A stretch of 32,000 nucleotides of DNA from Phycisphaera mikurensis NBRC 102666 (GCF_000284115.1 NC_017080.1:1080001-1112000), one strand, 5' to 3'; numbered from the stretch's first letter, positions 18,462-28,811 are shown. A program made the numbers and translations. Notes: generated by a model from the letters alone, not told the origin.

Positions 18462-19310
18462 ATGCGTTGGTGTCGGATCGGTCCCGCGGGCCAAGAAAAA
18501 CTCGGCTGCGTCGACGCGGAGGAGCGGGTCCGCGACGCGTCCTCCCTGGGTTCGGCCGACGAGGTCGTGTCGTTCGCCGCTGCGGGACCGCCCGCGGCGG
18601 CGGCTCTCGATGCGCTGCCCAGGGCCGAGGCCGGCGTCCGCTTCGGCTCCTGCGTGCCGCGGCCGGGGAAGATCCTCTGCATCGGGCTCAACTACAGCGA
18701 CCACGCCGAGGAGGCGGGCATGGAGGTGCCCAAAGAGCCCATCCTCTTCTTCAAGGCGCCCAACACGGTGGTGGGCCCCGACGACGACATCCGCCTGCCG
18801 CGCGGCGGCGACAAGACCGACTGGGAGGTGGAGCTGGGCGTCGTGATCGGCCGCGAGGCGCGGTACCTCGAGAGCGACGAGGAGGCGCTCGCCTGCGTCG
18901 CCGGCTACTGCATCAGCCACGACGTGAGCGAGCGGGCCTTCCAGCTGGAGCGCGGCGGCCAGTGGTGCAAGGGCAAGAGCTGCGACACCTTCAACCCGCT
19001 GGGACCGTGGCTGGTGACCCCCGACGAGGTCGGCGACGTGGCCGACCTGGGCATGACGCTCGACGTGAACGGCGAGCGGATGCAGGACGGCACCACCTCC
19101 ACGATGATCTTCGGCGTGGCCGAGCTGATCCGGTACGCGTCGGCGTTCATGACGCTCGAGCCCGGCGACCTGATCACCACCGGCACCCCGCCGGGCGTGG
19201 GCATGGGCCAGAAGCCGCCGCGCTACCTGCAAGCGGGGGACGTGGTCGAGCTCGCGATCGATGGGCTCGGCCGCCAGCGGTCGGCGGTCGTCGCCGCCGA
19301 TGAGAGCTGA
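18462..19310 (+). CDS. Fumarylacetoacetate hydrolase (FAH) family protein
   Basis: PGKILCIGLNYSDHAEEAGMEVPKEPILFFKAPNTVVGPDDDI, DWEVELGVVIGREARYL, GKSCDTFNPLGPWLVTPDEV, GDLITTGTPPGVGMG. AAGGAG ribosome site. Confidence 0.95.
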   Translation: MRWCRIGPAGQEKLGCVDAEERVRDASSLGSADEVVSFAAAGPPAAAALDALPRAEAGVRFGSCVPRPGKILCIGLNYSDHAEEAGMEVPKEPILFFKAPNTVVGPDDDIRLPRGGDKTDWEVELGVVIGREARYLESDEEALACVAGYCISHDVSERAFQLERGGQWCKGKSCDTFNPLGPWLVTPDEVGDVADLGMTLDVNGERMQDGTTSTMIFGVAELIRYASAFMTLEPGDLITTGTPPGVGMGQKPPRYLQAGDVVELAIDGLGRQRSAVVAADES

Positions 19311-19364
19311 CGCGTGTGCCCGCGCCCGGGCCCGGGCGGGCGCGCATGGATGGCGGGCAACCGG

Positions 19365-19682
19365 CAGGTGGCTCATCGACTCCGTCGATGTGGAAGCTTC
19401 CTCGAGCCGGGACGGCCCGGAGCCGCGACTGGGGGTGGTTCCCGCTTTGCGCGGGCGCGCTTCTTCAAGCCGCTACATCCACGGAGTGGATGAGCCACCT
19501 GGCGCAGGTGGCTCATCGACTCCGTCGATGTGGATGCTTTCTCGAGCCGGGACGGCCCGGAGCCGCGACTGGGGGTGGTTCCCGCTTTGCGCGTGCGCGC
19601 TTCTTCAAGCCGCTACATCCACGGAGTGGATGAGCCACCTGGCGCAGGTGGCTCATCGACTCCGTCGATGTCGATGCTCTCC
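19365..19682. repeat. 140-bp tandem direct repeat, two full copies plus a partial third, composed of nested palindromes
   Basis: CAGGTGGCTCATCGACTCCGTCGATGT at 19365, 19505 and 19645 (period exactly 140); units 19365-19504 and 19505-19644 differ at 3 positions; arms contain perfect 7-3-7 hairpins CATCGAC-TCC-GTCGATG and CATCCAC-GGA-GTGGATG. Confidence 0.95.
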
Positions 19683-19799
19683 CTGGCCGGATCCGCTCGG
19701 CACCGGCTTGGGGTCCGGTCGCGCCGGCTCCGGCAGAATCGTAAGCTGCGTTGTCCGGCAGGGTTCCGCCGCCGATTCGACCGATCGCTCCGCTCCGCC

Positions 19800-20816
19800 A
19801 TGTCCCCCCGCCGCGAAGCCGCTTCCCGTGTCGTGCTCGCCGACGTGGCGGAGTTGGCGGGCGTCGCGGCCTCCACCGTCAGCCGCGTGCTCAACCGGCG
19901 GGACGAAGGCTTCTCTGTGCGGCCGGCGCTGCGGCAACGCATCCTCGACGCGGCGGCGGAGCTGGGCTACCGGCCGAACATCAACGCCCGCACCCTGCGC
20001 CGGCAGACCTCTGGCTACATCGCGGTGCTGGGCCTCCGCATGCTCGCGCGGGCGGTGCACGATCCCTCGGACAGCGTGCTCGACCGGATGGCGACGACGC
20101 TGAAGGCCAGCGGCCTGCACCTCACCAGCACGCACGTCGGCGGGGAGGGCGACCCGTTCCGGCTGCCGCCCTGGCAGGTCGACGGCGCGGTGGTGGTCCG
20201 GGCCTCGGGCGCGGCCGACTTGGCCGCCGTCGAAGCGTCGAACCTGCCGTACGCGACGATCAACGCCGCGGCCGGCCCCGGCGGTGCCTCGGTGCTCGTG
20301 GACGACCGCGGCGGGATGGAGGCGGCGCTCGAACACCTCTTCGCTCTGGGCCACCGTCGCATCGCCTATGCCTCCCACCCCGACCGCTTCGGCGACCACG
20401 CGGGCCAGCACGAGCGGGCGGAGGCGTACGCGGGGTTTCTGCAGGCCCGGGGGGTCGAGCCCGTTCACCGGGTGCTCCGAGAAGAAGCTCCGCACGCCCC
20501 GCTGGTCCGCTCCCTGCTCGAGGAGGGCGTGACGGCGGTCGTCACCTACACCCACTTCCTCGCGCTCATGCTGCTGGAAGCCGCGCGGGAGGAACGCATC
20601 GCCGTGCCCGGCCGGCTGAGCCTGGTGACCTTCAACGACGAGTACCCGATGGCCCAGGTCGGCTCCGGCGTGACCTGCGTCGCCCACCCCACCGACGCGA
20701 TGGCCGCGGCCGCCTCGGACCTCTTGCTCCGACGCATCCGCGGGCAGCCCACGCCAACCAGCGTGCGGCTGCCGATGGTGCTGGTTCCCCGCGGATCGTC
20801 GGCCGCGCCGGGCTGA
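19800..20816 (+). CDS. LacI family transcriptional regulator
   Basis: VVLADVAELAGVAASTVSRVLNRRDEGFSVRPALRQRILDAAAELGYRPNINARTLRRQTSGYIAVLG; periplasmic-binding-protein-like effector domain. Confidence 0.95.
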   Translation: MSPRREAASRVVLADVAELAGVAASTVSRVLNRRDEGFSVRPALRQRILDAAAELGYRPNINARTLRRQTSGYIAVLGLRMLARAVHDPSDSVLDRMATTLKASGLHLTSTHVGGEGDPFRLPPWQVDGAVVVRASGAADLAAVEASNLPYATINAAAGPGGASVLVDDRGGMEAALEHLFALGHRRIAYASHPDRFGDHAGQHERAEAYAGFLQARGVEPVHRVLREEAPHAPLVRSLLEEGVTAVVTYTHFLALMLLEAAREERIAVPGRLSLVTFNDEYPMAQVGSGVTCVAHPTDAMAAAASDLLLRRIRGQPTPTSVRLPMVLVPRGSSAAPG

Positions 20817-20836
20817 AAAGACCGCGGTCCGCGGAT

Positions 20837-23653
20837 TCAATCGACCCCGCTCAGGCCCGACGCGTCGTCGAGCAGGGCGGAGCCGACGCCCTTCGCGTAG
20901 AGCACGAGCACGGCGCGGGCGTGGCCGGGGGACAGGTCGATGGTCTTCTCGAAAGCCGACCAGCCGTCGCCGCCGCCTCCCTCGTCGGAGACGGTGGCGA
21001 GGGTGGTCCACTGGACCTGCTCGCCCGCCGCGTCGAAGCACTGCACGGCGAGGTAGGCCTCCTCGAAGTCCCCGTCGAGCGCCGCCTTCCCGCTGAAGCG
21101 CACGCGCCCCAGCCCCGTCGGCAGCTCCTGCTCGGCGAAGCCGACGCCCGCGGCGGGCAGCCGCAACGCGAGCGCGGCGGGCGCCGAGGCGGCGTGGCCG
21201 GTCTCGCGCGACACTGAAGCCCCGGGCACGTCGGACCAGCGGAGCGACCAGCCGGCCGGGGCTCCGCCGTTGGGAGCGGCCTCGGTCATGTCGCCGTTGC
21301 GGACAACCTCGGTTGTCGGTGGGCCGGCGTCGGGATCCACGGTGGCCGAGGCGATCGGGTCGGCGGCCGCGTCGTCGAGCGGGTGCCAGAGCACGCCGGC
21401 GCCCGAGGTGCCGACCACCACGCGGTCGCCGGCGAAGGCGACGGGATTGGCGCGGCGGTTGGGCAGCTCGTCGCCGAGCGCCTCCCAGGCCGCGCCGCCG
21501 TCGGTGGAGACGCGGACGCCGTCGGCCGTCCCGACCGCCACCCGCCCCGGCACCGCCCGGTCGAAGGCGACGTGGTGGGCGGTGTCCACGGGGCGCGACG
21601 ACCAGGTGCGGCCGCCGTCCTCGGAGGCGAAGAGCCCGGCGTCGGGCGAAGCAATCAGGAAGCGGCCCGGCCGGAACGGGTCCGCCGCGACGTCGTTCAC
21701 CCCGGCGTCAAAGCGTGCCTCCGACCAGGCGTCCGCGTCCGCATCGCGGAAGAAGACCCGCGACTCGTGGTTGGAGATCGCGACCATGCCCCCGCCGGGA
21801 CCGACGGCCAGCTCGCGCCCCACCCGCCAGATCTCCGCCTTGAACAAGCCCGCGGCGGGCAGGCCCTGGTTGAAGGCCTCCCAATCGTCGCCGCCGTTCT
21901 CGCTCACGTACACGCCGCCCTCCTCCCCGGGCACGCCCGCGATGGCGACGAACAGGCGATCGGGATCCCGCGGGTCCAGCGCGATCGTGTTGATCCTCCG
22001 GGATTCCGCGTCCCGCGTCCCGCGCATCGCCGCGGCCCGCCAGGAGGTTCCGCGGTCGTCGGAGGCGAAGACGTGGCTGCTGTACCAGTGCCCGTTCTCG
22101 GTCGGCCCGATGGCGTACACGCGCTCGGGCCGCTCCGCGGCCACGGCCACGTCCTTGACGTTGTTGGTGATGACCTTCCAGATCTGCTTGAAGGTCTCGC
22201 CGCCGTCGAGCGAGCGGAAGTAGCCGTTGTCGGTCATCCCCATGTGCACGAGGCCGGGGTCGTCGGGGGCCTGGGCCAGGTTGTGGATGACGGTGACCTC
22301 GATGCCGTGGCTCGCGTACGCCCAGTTCCGCCCCCGGTCGTCGCTCTTCCAGAGCGTGTACCAATCGGTCAGCCACCAGCGTTCCGGGTCGTGCGGGTCG
22401 ATCGTGAGGCTGGAGATCGCCTTGCCGAAGTGCGACCAGTCCGGCTCGTCACCGGGGTTGCCGTACCAGCTCTCCGGAGCGGTCGCCGTCCCGCGGATCG
22501 GCGTCCATCGGTTCGCCCCGTACGCCCGCCGGTGTACCGTCCCGTCGCCGCCGCCCACGAGCACCGAACCCGGCCCGGCGGCGAGCGCCATGAAGGTCGA
22601 GGGGGCGATCGAGCCCCCGGGCGAGATCACGCCGTCGGCGTCGTACGCGGCGGTCGCGGCCTCGGGATCGGTCGGCAGCCCCTCGTCGAAGGCGCTCCAG
22701 CTGAGCCCGCCGTCGTCGCTTTGCTTCACCAGCGACGGCGGGAAGATCGCGACCCAGCGGTTGCCCGGCCCCGCCGCGGCCGGCAGCTGCGTCAGCTCCC
22801 AGGGCGAGGGGGAGACGGCGTCGAGCGCCTTCCACGTCCGGCCGCCGTCGAGGCTCTCGAAGAAGCCGCCGCGCAGCTCCTGGTTCGGGTTGCCGAGCAG
22901 GTAGAAGCGGTAGGGCCGCGCGGTCAACAGCACGCGTCCGGGCACCTGGGCGTCGAAGACCACGTCGGTGGGGTTGATGCCCTCGAGGCCGGTTTTCTCC
23001 CAGGTCGCGCCGAAGTCTTCGGAGCGGAAGACGCCGTCGAGCATCGAGGCGGCGACGACGACGTCGGGGTCGTGCGGGCTCACCGCCATCTCGCGGCCCC
23101 ACATCCGCTCGTTGCCGTTCCCGGCGAAGGCCGCTTCGAGCACCTTCTCGTAGCTCGCGCCGCCATCGGTGCTGCGGTAGATCCCGTCGCGGACGCTGGA
23201 CCAGTGCTGGCCGGTGGCGACCAGGAAGCGGTCCGCGTCGCGCGGGTCCACCACGATCGCCGCGGGCTCCTGGTTCCCGTCGGTCGCCGGGAGCGCGCCC
23301 TGGAGCATCCGCCAGCCCTCCCCGCCGTCGTCGCTGCGGTAGAAGCCGCCGACGTCGGTGTGCAGGTAGTAGATGCTCGGGTCGGCCGTGGGGATGACGT
23401 CGATGACGTAGCCGCCGCCGCCGATGCGGGCCTGGTGCCAGTCGCCGTAGGTCGGCGCCGCGGGCGTGGAGAAGCCGGGCTCGGGCGGCGGCGGCGGCGG
23501 GGCTTGGGCGCTCACGCCGGCCGCGAGGCAGAGCAGCCACGCGGAGGCCGCGCAGGCGCGGACGACGCGGGAGCGGAGCGACCGGCTGGGGTCAGCGGTC
23601 GCCGTCGAAGGCGTCCCAGACGGCAAGGTCGCTGTTGGCGTCGAAGAGGTCAT
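20837..23653 (-). CDS. Secreted BNR/sortilin-like beta-propeller glycosidase-type protein (GH74/xyloglucanase-like) with C-terminal carbohydrate-binding-like domain; start approximate
   Basis: Signal-like [22 protein letters not shown]; repeated [47 protein letters not shown] Asp-box motifs; C-term [30 protein letters not shown]. The 5' end overlaps the 3' end of the prepilin-like gene. Confidence 0.8.
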   Translation of the reverse strand: MTSSTPTATLPSGTPSTATADPSRSLRSRVVRACAASAWLLCLAAGVSAQAPPPPPPEPGFSTPAAPTYGDWHQARIGGGGYVIDVIPTADPSIYYLHTDVGGFYRSDDGGEGWRMLQGALPATDGNQEPAAIVVDPRDADRFLVATGQHWSSVRDGIYRSTDGGASYEKVLEAAFAGNGNERMWGREMAVSPHDPDVVVAASMLDGVFRSEDFGATWEKTGLEGINPTDVVFDAQVPGRVLLTARPYRFYLLGNPNQELRGGFFESLDGGRTWKALDAVSPSPWELTQLPAAAGPGNRWVAIFPPSLVKQSDDGGLSWSAFDEGLPTDPEAATAAYDADGVISPGGSIAPSTFMALAAGPGSVLVGGGDGTVHRRAYGANRWTPIRGTATAPESWYGNPGDEPDWSHFGKAISSLTIDPHDPERWWLTDWYTLWKSDDRGRNWAYASHGIEVTVIHNLAQAPDDPGLVHMGMTDNGYFRSLDGGETFKQIWKVITNNVKDVAVAAERPERVYAIGPTENGHWYSSHVFASDDRGTSWRAAAMRGTRDAESRRINTIALDPRDPDRLFVAIAGVPGEEGGVYVSENGGDDWEAFNQGLPAAGLFKAEIWRVGRELAVGPGGGMVAISNHESRVFFRDADADAWSEARFDAGVNDVAADPFRPGRFLIASPDAGLFASEDGGRTWSSRPVDTAHHVAFDRAVPGRVAVGTADGVRVSTDGGAAWEALGDELPNRRANPVAFAGDRVVVGTSGAGVLWHPLDDAAADPIASATVDPDAGPPTTEVVRNGDMTEAAPNGGAPAGWSLRWSDVPGASVSRETGHAASAPAALALRLPAAGVGFAEQELPTGLGRVRFSGKAALDGDFEEAYLAVQCFDAAGEQVQWTTLATVSDEGGGGDGWSAFEKTIDLSPGHARAVLVLYAKGVGSALLDDASGLSGVD

Positions 23654-24356
23654 AGAGGAAGGGCTCGGCGGCGTAGGGGTTGGCGAAGCGGTCGCCGCCG
23701 TTCGCGGCGGTCGCGTCCGCAAGCGGTTCGGCGATGGCGTCCGCGGGATGGGAGGCCGCCGACCCGTCGTCGGAGCCGGCGTTGGCGTTGTCCGCGTGGA
23801 ACGCCTCGAGCTCCCCGGTGGTGGCGGTCCGGTCGGCCCAGAGCGCCCGGCGTTCGCGGAAGCGCTCGAGGTTGGGCATCGGCCCGGGGTTGGGGTTGAA
23901 GCCGTCCCACGACCAGAGCGGCCGGGTTTCGTAGCTGGTCTGCACCGAGTAGGGGGTGACCGCGTCGCGGACGAAGGGGTACTGCTGCAGCTGGAACCCC
24001 TTCACGCCGGTCAGGTCGGTCGCGTCGGAGGGGCAGTAGAAGATCTCGCCCGTGCCGGTGTACCCGCCGGTGACGAGCACGCCGAGCATCACCGGCTTGG
24101 TGGCGCTCTGGTTCATCACCGAGTTGAACGTCGGGTAGTACAGGAACCCCACCGGCACCACGCCGTCGCTGTCCGCGGCGTACGCGTTCGCGGCGATGCC
24201 GACCTGCCGCAGGTTGCTCAGGCAGGCGCTGTTGCGGGCGGCGGAGCGGGCGGCCTGCAGGGCGGGCAGCAGGATCCCGACCAGCAGCGCGACGATGCTG
24301 ATGACCACCAGCAGCTCGATGAGCGTGAAGCCGCGGCGTGGATCCGAAGAGGGCAT
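23592..24356 (-). CDS. Prepilin-type N-terminal cleavage/methylation domain protein
   Basis: [62 protein letters not shown]. Confidence 0.93.
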   Translation of the reverse strand: MPSSDPRRGFTLIELLVVISIVALLVGILLPALQAARSAARNSACLSNLRQVGIAANAYAADSDGVVPVGFLYYPTFNSVMNQSATKPVMLGVLVTGGYTGTGEIFYCPSDATDLTGVKGFQLQQYPFVRDAVTPYSVQTSYETRPLWSWDGFNPNPGPMPNLERFRERRALWADRTATTGELEAFHADNANAGSDDGSAASHPADAIAEPLADATAANGGDRFANPYAAEPFLYDLFDANSDLAVWDAFDGDR

Positions 24357-24455
24357 GAGAAGAGCTCCCGCGAGGGCGACGAGCGGATCGATCGATGGGG
24401 ATCGGCGGCGAAACGCTCCGCGCCGATGCGGCAGGGGGCAGGCGGGCCCGGCCGC

Positions 24456-25193
24456 TCAGCCGCGCCGCGACCGGCGGGTCAGCAGCAGGCCGCTGAGGCC
24501 GAGCATCGCGAGCGAGGCGGGCTCGGGGATCACCGTGTCGATCCGGGTCACCGTGAACGCCTGGTTCACCGTCTGGTTGAAGTCGTAGGGCTGCGGGTCG
24601 AAGGAGAAGGTGACGTCGAGCGCATCGATCGGCCCGAAGGCCGCGAGGTTCAGCGGCGTGAGGTCGACCGCGACGCTGGAGGGGCCGCCGGTGGTGGTGG
24701 CGAAGGCGGAGGAAGTGACCGACTGCGTGAAGTTCGCGAAGCCGGCGTCGTACCGGATCGCCTGCACCGACACCTTCAGCGCCGAGGTGGTGTTGCTGAG
24801 GAAGTCCACGAAGAGCGTGTCCTCCCCCGCGAGCCCGGTGTAGTCCCAGGAGCCGTTGCCCGGAAACTCCTCGCCGGTGTACTGCAGCTGGAAGTCGGCG
24901 CTGCCGGGTCCGGGGCCCCGGACCGCAACGAGAGCGCCGCCCGTGACAGCGATGCTGTTGCCCGTGCCCTGGTCGGGGCTGAAGTTGCGGCTGACAACCG
25001 CCCGCCAGCCGCTGTCGACGACGCCCGCGAGCGGGCCCTGACGGTCGGAGACGCTCCCGTCGGCCGCGTTGAGCACGGCGTTGGTGCCGGCGCTGAAGTC
25101 GTCGATCAGCACCGCCTGGGCCGCGGGGGCGAGGGCCAGGAGAGCGAGGGAAGGGGCCGCGGTGGCGCGGCGAACGAAACGGGACGCGGGCAT
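24456..25193 (-). CDS. PEP-CTERM sorting domain protein
   Basis: MPASRFVRRATAAPSLALLALAPAAQAVLIDDFSAG... C-term VIPEPASLAMLGLSGLLLTRRSRRG. Confidence 0.88.
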   Translation of the reverse strand: MPASRFVRRATAAPSLALLALAPAAQAVLIDDFSAGTNAVLNAADGSVSDRQGPLAGVVDSGWRAVVSRNFSPDQGTGNSIAVTGGALVAVRGPGPGSADFQLQYTGEEFPGNGSWDYTGLAGEDTLFVDFLSNTTSALKVSVQAIRYDAGFANFTQSVTSSAFATTTGGPSSVAVDLTPLNLAAFGPIDALDVTFSFDPQPYDFNQTVNQAFTVTRIDTVIPEPASLAMLGLSGLLLTRRSRRG

Positions 25194-25257
25194 GGGATCT
25201 CCTGAGGCTGGAAAGGGCGGGGCGCCGCGACCCGAAGAGTCACGGAGAGACAAGGAT

Positions 25258-25271
25258 AGGAAACGTTTCCT
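25258..25271. promoter_or_regulatory. Perfect 14-bp palindrome AGGAAACGTTTCCT, LacI-family-type operator
   Basis: Central CpG-centred AAACGTTT palindrome between divergent genes starting at 25193 (-) and 25385 (+). Confidence 0.7.
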
Positions 25272-25384
25272 AAGCTGACAAGGCGGCTGTTGCAGATATT
25301 TGAAGCGATCGCTCGGCCGCTCGTGTCCGCCGCTTTAATTCATCGTCCGAGGCGTCGCGTTCGGCTCCCGGAGCCGTCGCCACC

Positions 25385-26290
25385 ATGCTCCGCATCCCCG
25401 ACCGGCTCATCGGCGACGCCTGGTTCTTCCCCGGGCGTGAGGTCGTCCACGCCTACTTCCTCACGTGCGATGCCAGCCTGCCGCGGCACGAGCACTGGAG
25501 CATCGGGCACGCCGTCAGCGGCGACCTCGTCCGCTGGAACGACCTTGGCATCTGCCTCCGCGGCGGGGGCCCCGGATCCTGGGACCACAACCTCGCCACC
25601 GGCTCGGTGCTCCGCCACGGCGGCCGCTACTGGATGGCGTACACCGGCCACACGGCGCAGCGGGTGGGTGTCGCGGTCAGCGACGACCTGCACCGCTGGG
25701 AGCGCATCGGATCGGGTCCGGTCAGCGGCATCGACACCCGCTTCTACGAGCCGGTCGGCAGCGGCAGCCGACGCGTGCCGCACTGGCGGGATCCGTTCCT
25801 CTTCGCGTGGGAGGGCTGGGTCTACGCCGCGGTCTGCGCGAGCCGCAACGGCGGGCCGCCGGACCGCCGCGGGACGCTGGGCCTCTCCCGCTCCCGCGAC
25901 CTGCGGACCTGGATCGTGCTTCCACCTCCAGAGGTCGAGGCGGTCGGCCAGGAGCTCGAGTGCCCGCAAGTGGTGGAGCGGGGAGGCCGCTGGCACCTGC
26001 TCTTCAGCAGCGCACCGTCCTTCTTCCCGGCGGCGCACCTCGCTCGCCACCCGGCCGTCGCGGCGGGGCCGAACCTCTACGCCATGGCGGCGCCGACGCC
26101 GCTGGGCCCGTTCCGCATGTTGCGCAAGAACCCGGTGCTGCCCCCGGGCGCTCCATACGCCTGCCAGCTGGTCCGCTGGCGCGGCCGGGATGTCCTGCTC
26201 GGCACGCACCCCGAGCAAGGCGGCGACGGCGGATCGATCAGCGACCCGATCGCGGTCGTGGCCGACGCGGAGGGCATCCGGCCGAGCTGA
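25385..26290 (+). CDS. Five-bladed beta-propeller glycoside hydrolase (GH43/GH32/GH68-clan-like)
   Basis: DLVRWNDLGICLRGGGPGSWDHNLATGSVLRHGGRYWMAYTGHT..., RVPHWRDPFLFAWEGWVYA, LGLSRSRDLRTW, ELECPQVVERGGRWHLLFS. Confidence 0.75.
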   Translation: MLRIPDRLIGDAWFFPGREVVHAYFLTCDASLPRHEHWSIGHAVSGDLVRWNDLGICLRGGGPGSWDHNLATGSVLRHGGRYWMAYTGHTAQRVGVAVSDDLHRWERIGSGPVSGIDTRFYEPVGSGSRRVPHWRDPFLFAWEGWVYAAVCASRNGGPPDRRGTLGLSRSRDLRTWIVLPPPEVEAVGQELECPQVVERGGRWHLLFSSAPSFFPAAHLARHPAVAAGPNLYAMAAPTPLGPFRMLRKNPVLPPGAPYACQLVRWRGRDVLLGTHPEQGGDGGSISDPIAVVADAEGIRPS

Positions 26291-26300
26291 TCCCCGACCC

Positions 26301-26342
26301 GCGGACCGCGACGCGGTTCACTCTGCCGCGGCCGCGGTCCGC
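26301..26342. terminator. Inverted pair GCGGACCGCG / CGCGGTCCGC just after the GH43-like stop
   Basis: Arms 26301-26310 and 26333-26342; starts 11 nt after the stop at 26290. Confidence 0.5.
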
Positions 26343-27014
26343 GCCCGCCGCTGCCGGCGTCGCGAGGGTCGGGGTGCTGGAGGATCCCCACCTCGTTCTG
26401 CATCTCGCGGATCGAATCCGGCGCCGCTTCGCCGGCGAACCGCAGGGTGAGGAACTCCAGCGGTGAGCCGATCGCCTCCAGCCGCACGCCCCGCACCGGC
26501 TGCAGCACCGAAGGGGCGGCGCCGCGCTCCGGGTCCACGCGGCGTCCCTCCCGGTGCAGCCGGAACCGGCCGCGGTCCGCGACACCTCCGGCATCCTCAT
26601 GCTCGGCGAGACCGACGGCGACCTCCCGGCGGGGGTCGCCGTCTCCAACATCGGGAGCGTCGACGGCCGGCTCGGCGCGGCGCGGAGTGGCTCCTTCACC
26701 CGCGGCAACGGACAACGCCCCGACGCTGCCGGGCTTCCGGCACGGCGGGAGCCCCGGTCCGATCCTGCCGTCGGCGCTCCACCCCGGCTGGATCACCGCC
26801 GGCTCCGCCGCAAACATGTCCATCATGGACGGCCACGGCGAAGCGACGACACCCCAGCGGCTCGTCGACGACAGCGGCCGGGGCGCCGACGAGCAGGGCT
26901 CGCCTTGGCGGTGGTGGCAGAACGCGCCCGCCCCCGCAGGATCCCGCGCCGCGGACCGCCGACGCCGCGGACCCGAGCCTTCCCCTCGCGTACCTCCGGC
27001 CTTCTGATCGCCTC

Positions 27015-28811
27015 ATGCAAGCCTTCCGCCTCTTCCGCAGCTTCCTGGTTCTTTGCACCGTCGCCGCGTCGCCGGCGCTGGCCGCGCCGCACACCGCCGA
27101 GCTGCTCGTCGCCGACGCGGACGCCACCGCCTTCGAGCTCGGCGGGGAGGCGTCGGGCTCGTCCACGGCGGTGCGGGTGGAGGCGACGGGTCAGCCGCAC
27201 GCGCAGGCGCTCCGCGTGGCGGTGCCCGAGGCGGTGAGCCCGCGCTGGGCGGTCCAGGTCACCCACACGGTCGACGCTCCGATCCGCGCGGGCGACGCCC
27301 TGCTCGCGACCTTCTGGCTGCGGTGCGTCGAGTCGACGACCGGCGAGGGGCAGGTGCGATTCGACTTCGAGATGAACGCTGAGCCGCACGAAAAATCGCT
27401 GTCGCAGGTGCTCTACGCCCCCGCCGGTTGGAAGCGGTTCCAGCTCCCCTTCGAGGCCGGCCGCGACTTCCCCGCCGGCGGCTCGCAGGCGGCCTTCCAG
27501 GTCGCCTTCCTCCGGCAGACCGTCGAGCTCGGCGGCTTCACGCTGGAGAACTTCGGGCAGGGCGTCTCGGCGGACGAGCTGCCCAGGACCCGCCGGACCT
27601 ACCCCGGCATGGCCGAGGACGCACCATGGCGGGCCGAGGCGGCTTCGCGGATCGACCGGATCCGCAAAGCCGACCTCACCGTGACCGTCGTCGACGCGGA
27701 CGGCGAACCCGTGGAGGGCGCCGCAGTCGCGGTGGAGATGACCGGCCACGCCTTCCCGTTCGGCAGCGCCGTCACCTCGGAGTGGCTCACGCGAGAGGAC
27801 GCAGAAGGCGAGCGGTACCGCGAGCTGGTCGACCGCCTTTTCAGCGAGGTCGTTCTTGAGAGCGACCTCAAGTGGACCAGCGAGGGCTGGCTCCCGCTGG
27901 GTCGGATCGACGCCGCTCTCGCCTGGTTGGCGTCCAGGGGCAAGCCCGTCCGCGGCCACTGCCTGGTCTGGCCGGGCTGGCCGTACGTGCCCGACCGGAT
28001 CGAGGCGCTCGCCGACGATCCCGCCGCGCTCGCAGCGGCGGTCGAGCAGCGGATCCGCTCGGCGGCGTCGCGCTACGCGGGCCGCGTCGTCGACTGGGAC
28101 GTCGTGAACGAGCCGCACACCAACCACGACCTCCAGGACCTCCTCGGCCCCGGAGCGCTCGCGGATTGGTTCCGCCTCGCCCGCGCGGCCGACCCCGACG
28201 CGGTGCTCTACCTCAACGACTACGGGCAGCTCACCGCCGGCGAGCGGGAGACCCCGCACCAGCAGGCCCACCTCGACCACATCGCCCACCTGCTGGAGGT
28301 CGGTGCCCCGTTGGGCGGCATCGGGCTGCAGGGCCACTTCTCGGCGGAGCTGACGGCGCCGACCACGCTCTGGAGAATCCTCGACCGCTTCGCGGGCTTC
28401 GGCTTGCCGATCAAGGTCACCGAGTTCGACCTGAACTTCGACGACCCCGAGCTGCAGGCGGCGTACCTCCGCGACTTCTTCACCGCGATGTTCAGCCACG
28501 AGGCCGTCGACGGCGTGCTGATGTGGGGCTTCTGGGAGAAGGCCCACTGGCGGCCGCAGGCGGCGCTCTACAACGCCGACTTCAGCCCGCGGCCGCTGGG
28601 CACCGCCTACGAGGAGCTGATCCTCGGCGACTGGTGGACCGACGAGGCCGCCACCACCGGCGCGGACGGGACGGCCACGGTCCGCGGCTTCCTCGGCGGG
28701 CACCGCGTCACCGCCACGCACGGCGGGGTCACGCGGACGGCGGCCGCCGAGCTGACCGCGGGTGGCGGCGGCGTCGAGATCCGGCTGCCCCGGGACGCGG
28801 CGGGCGGATGA
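27015..28811 (+). CDS. Secreted GH10 endo-1,4-beta-xylanase with N-terminal CBM-like module
   Basis: Signal MQAFRLFRSFLVLCTVAASPALA; ESDLKWTSEG, GHCLVWPGW, WDVVNEPHTN (acid/base Glu), YLNDYG, GLQGHFS, IKVTEFDLN (nucleophile Glu), LMWGFWEKAHW. Confidence 0.93.
   Translation: MQAFRLFRSFLVLCTVAASPALAAPHTAELLVADADATAFELGGEASGSSTAVRVEATGQPHAQALRVAVPEAVSPRWAVQVTHTVDAPIRAGDALLATFWLRCVESTTGEGQVRFDFEMNAEPHEKSLSQVLYAPAGWKRFQLPFEAGRDFPAGGSQAAFQVAFLRQTVELGGFTLENFGQGVSADELPRTRRTYPGMAEDAPWRAEAASRIDRIRKADLTVTVVDADGEPVEGAAVAVEMTGHAFPFGSAVTSEWLTREDAEGERYRELVDRLFSEVVLESDLKWTSEGWLPLGRIDAALAWLASRGKPVRGHCLVWPGWPYVPDRIEALADDPAALAAAVEQRIRSAASRYAGRVVDWDVVNEPHTNHDLQDLLGPGALADWFRLARAADPDAVLYLNDYGQLTAGERETPHQQAHLDHIAHLLEVGAPLGGIGLQGHFSAELTAPTTLWRILDRFAGFGLPIKVTEFDLNFDDPELQAAYLRDFFTAMFSHEAVDGVLMWGFWEKAHWRPQAALYNADFSPRPLGTAYEELILGDWWTDEAATTGADGTATVRGFLGGHRVTATHGGVTRTAAAELTAGGGGVEIRLPRDAAGG

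Noticed and set aside
17298-19376. 692-aa minus-strand ORF
   Set aside because: Antisense to the RraA and FAH genes; H/R/A-rich artefact.
19365-19682. Possible CRISPR array or coding repeat
   Set aside because: Units are contiguous 140-bp direct repeats without unique spacers; translated frames (YIHGVDEPPGAGGSSTPSM) have no protein family support and the DNA is palindromic.
21383-23899. 838-aa plus-strand ORF
   Set aside because: Antisense of the Asp-box beta-propeller gene whose repeated motifs are unambiguous.
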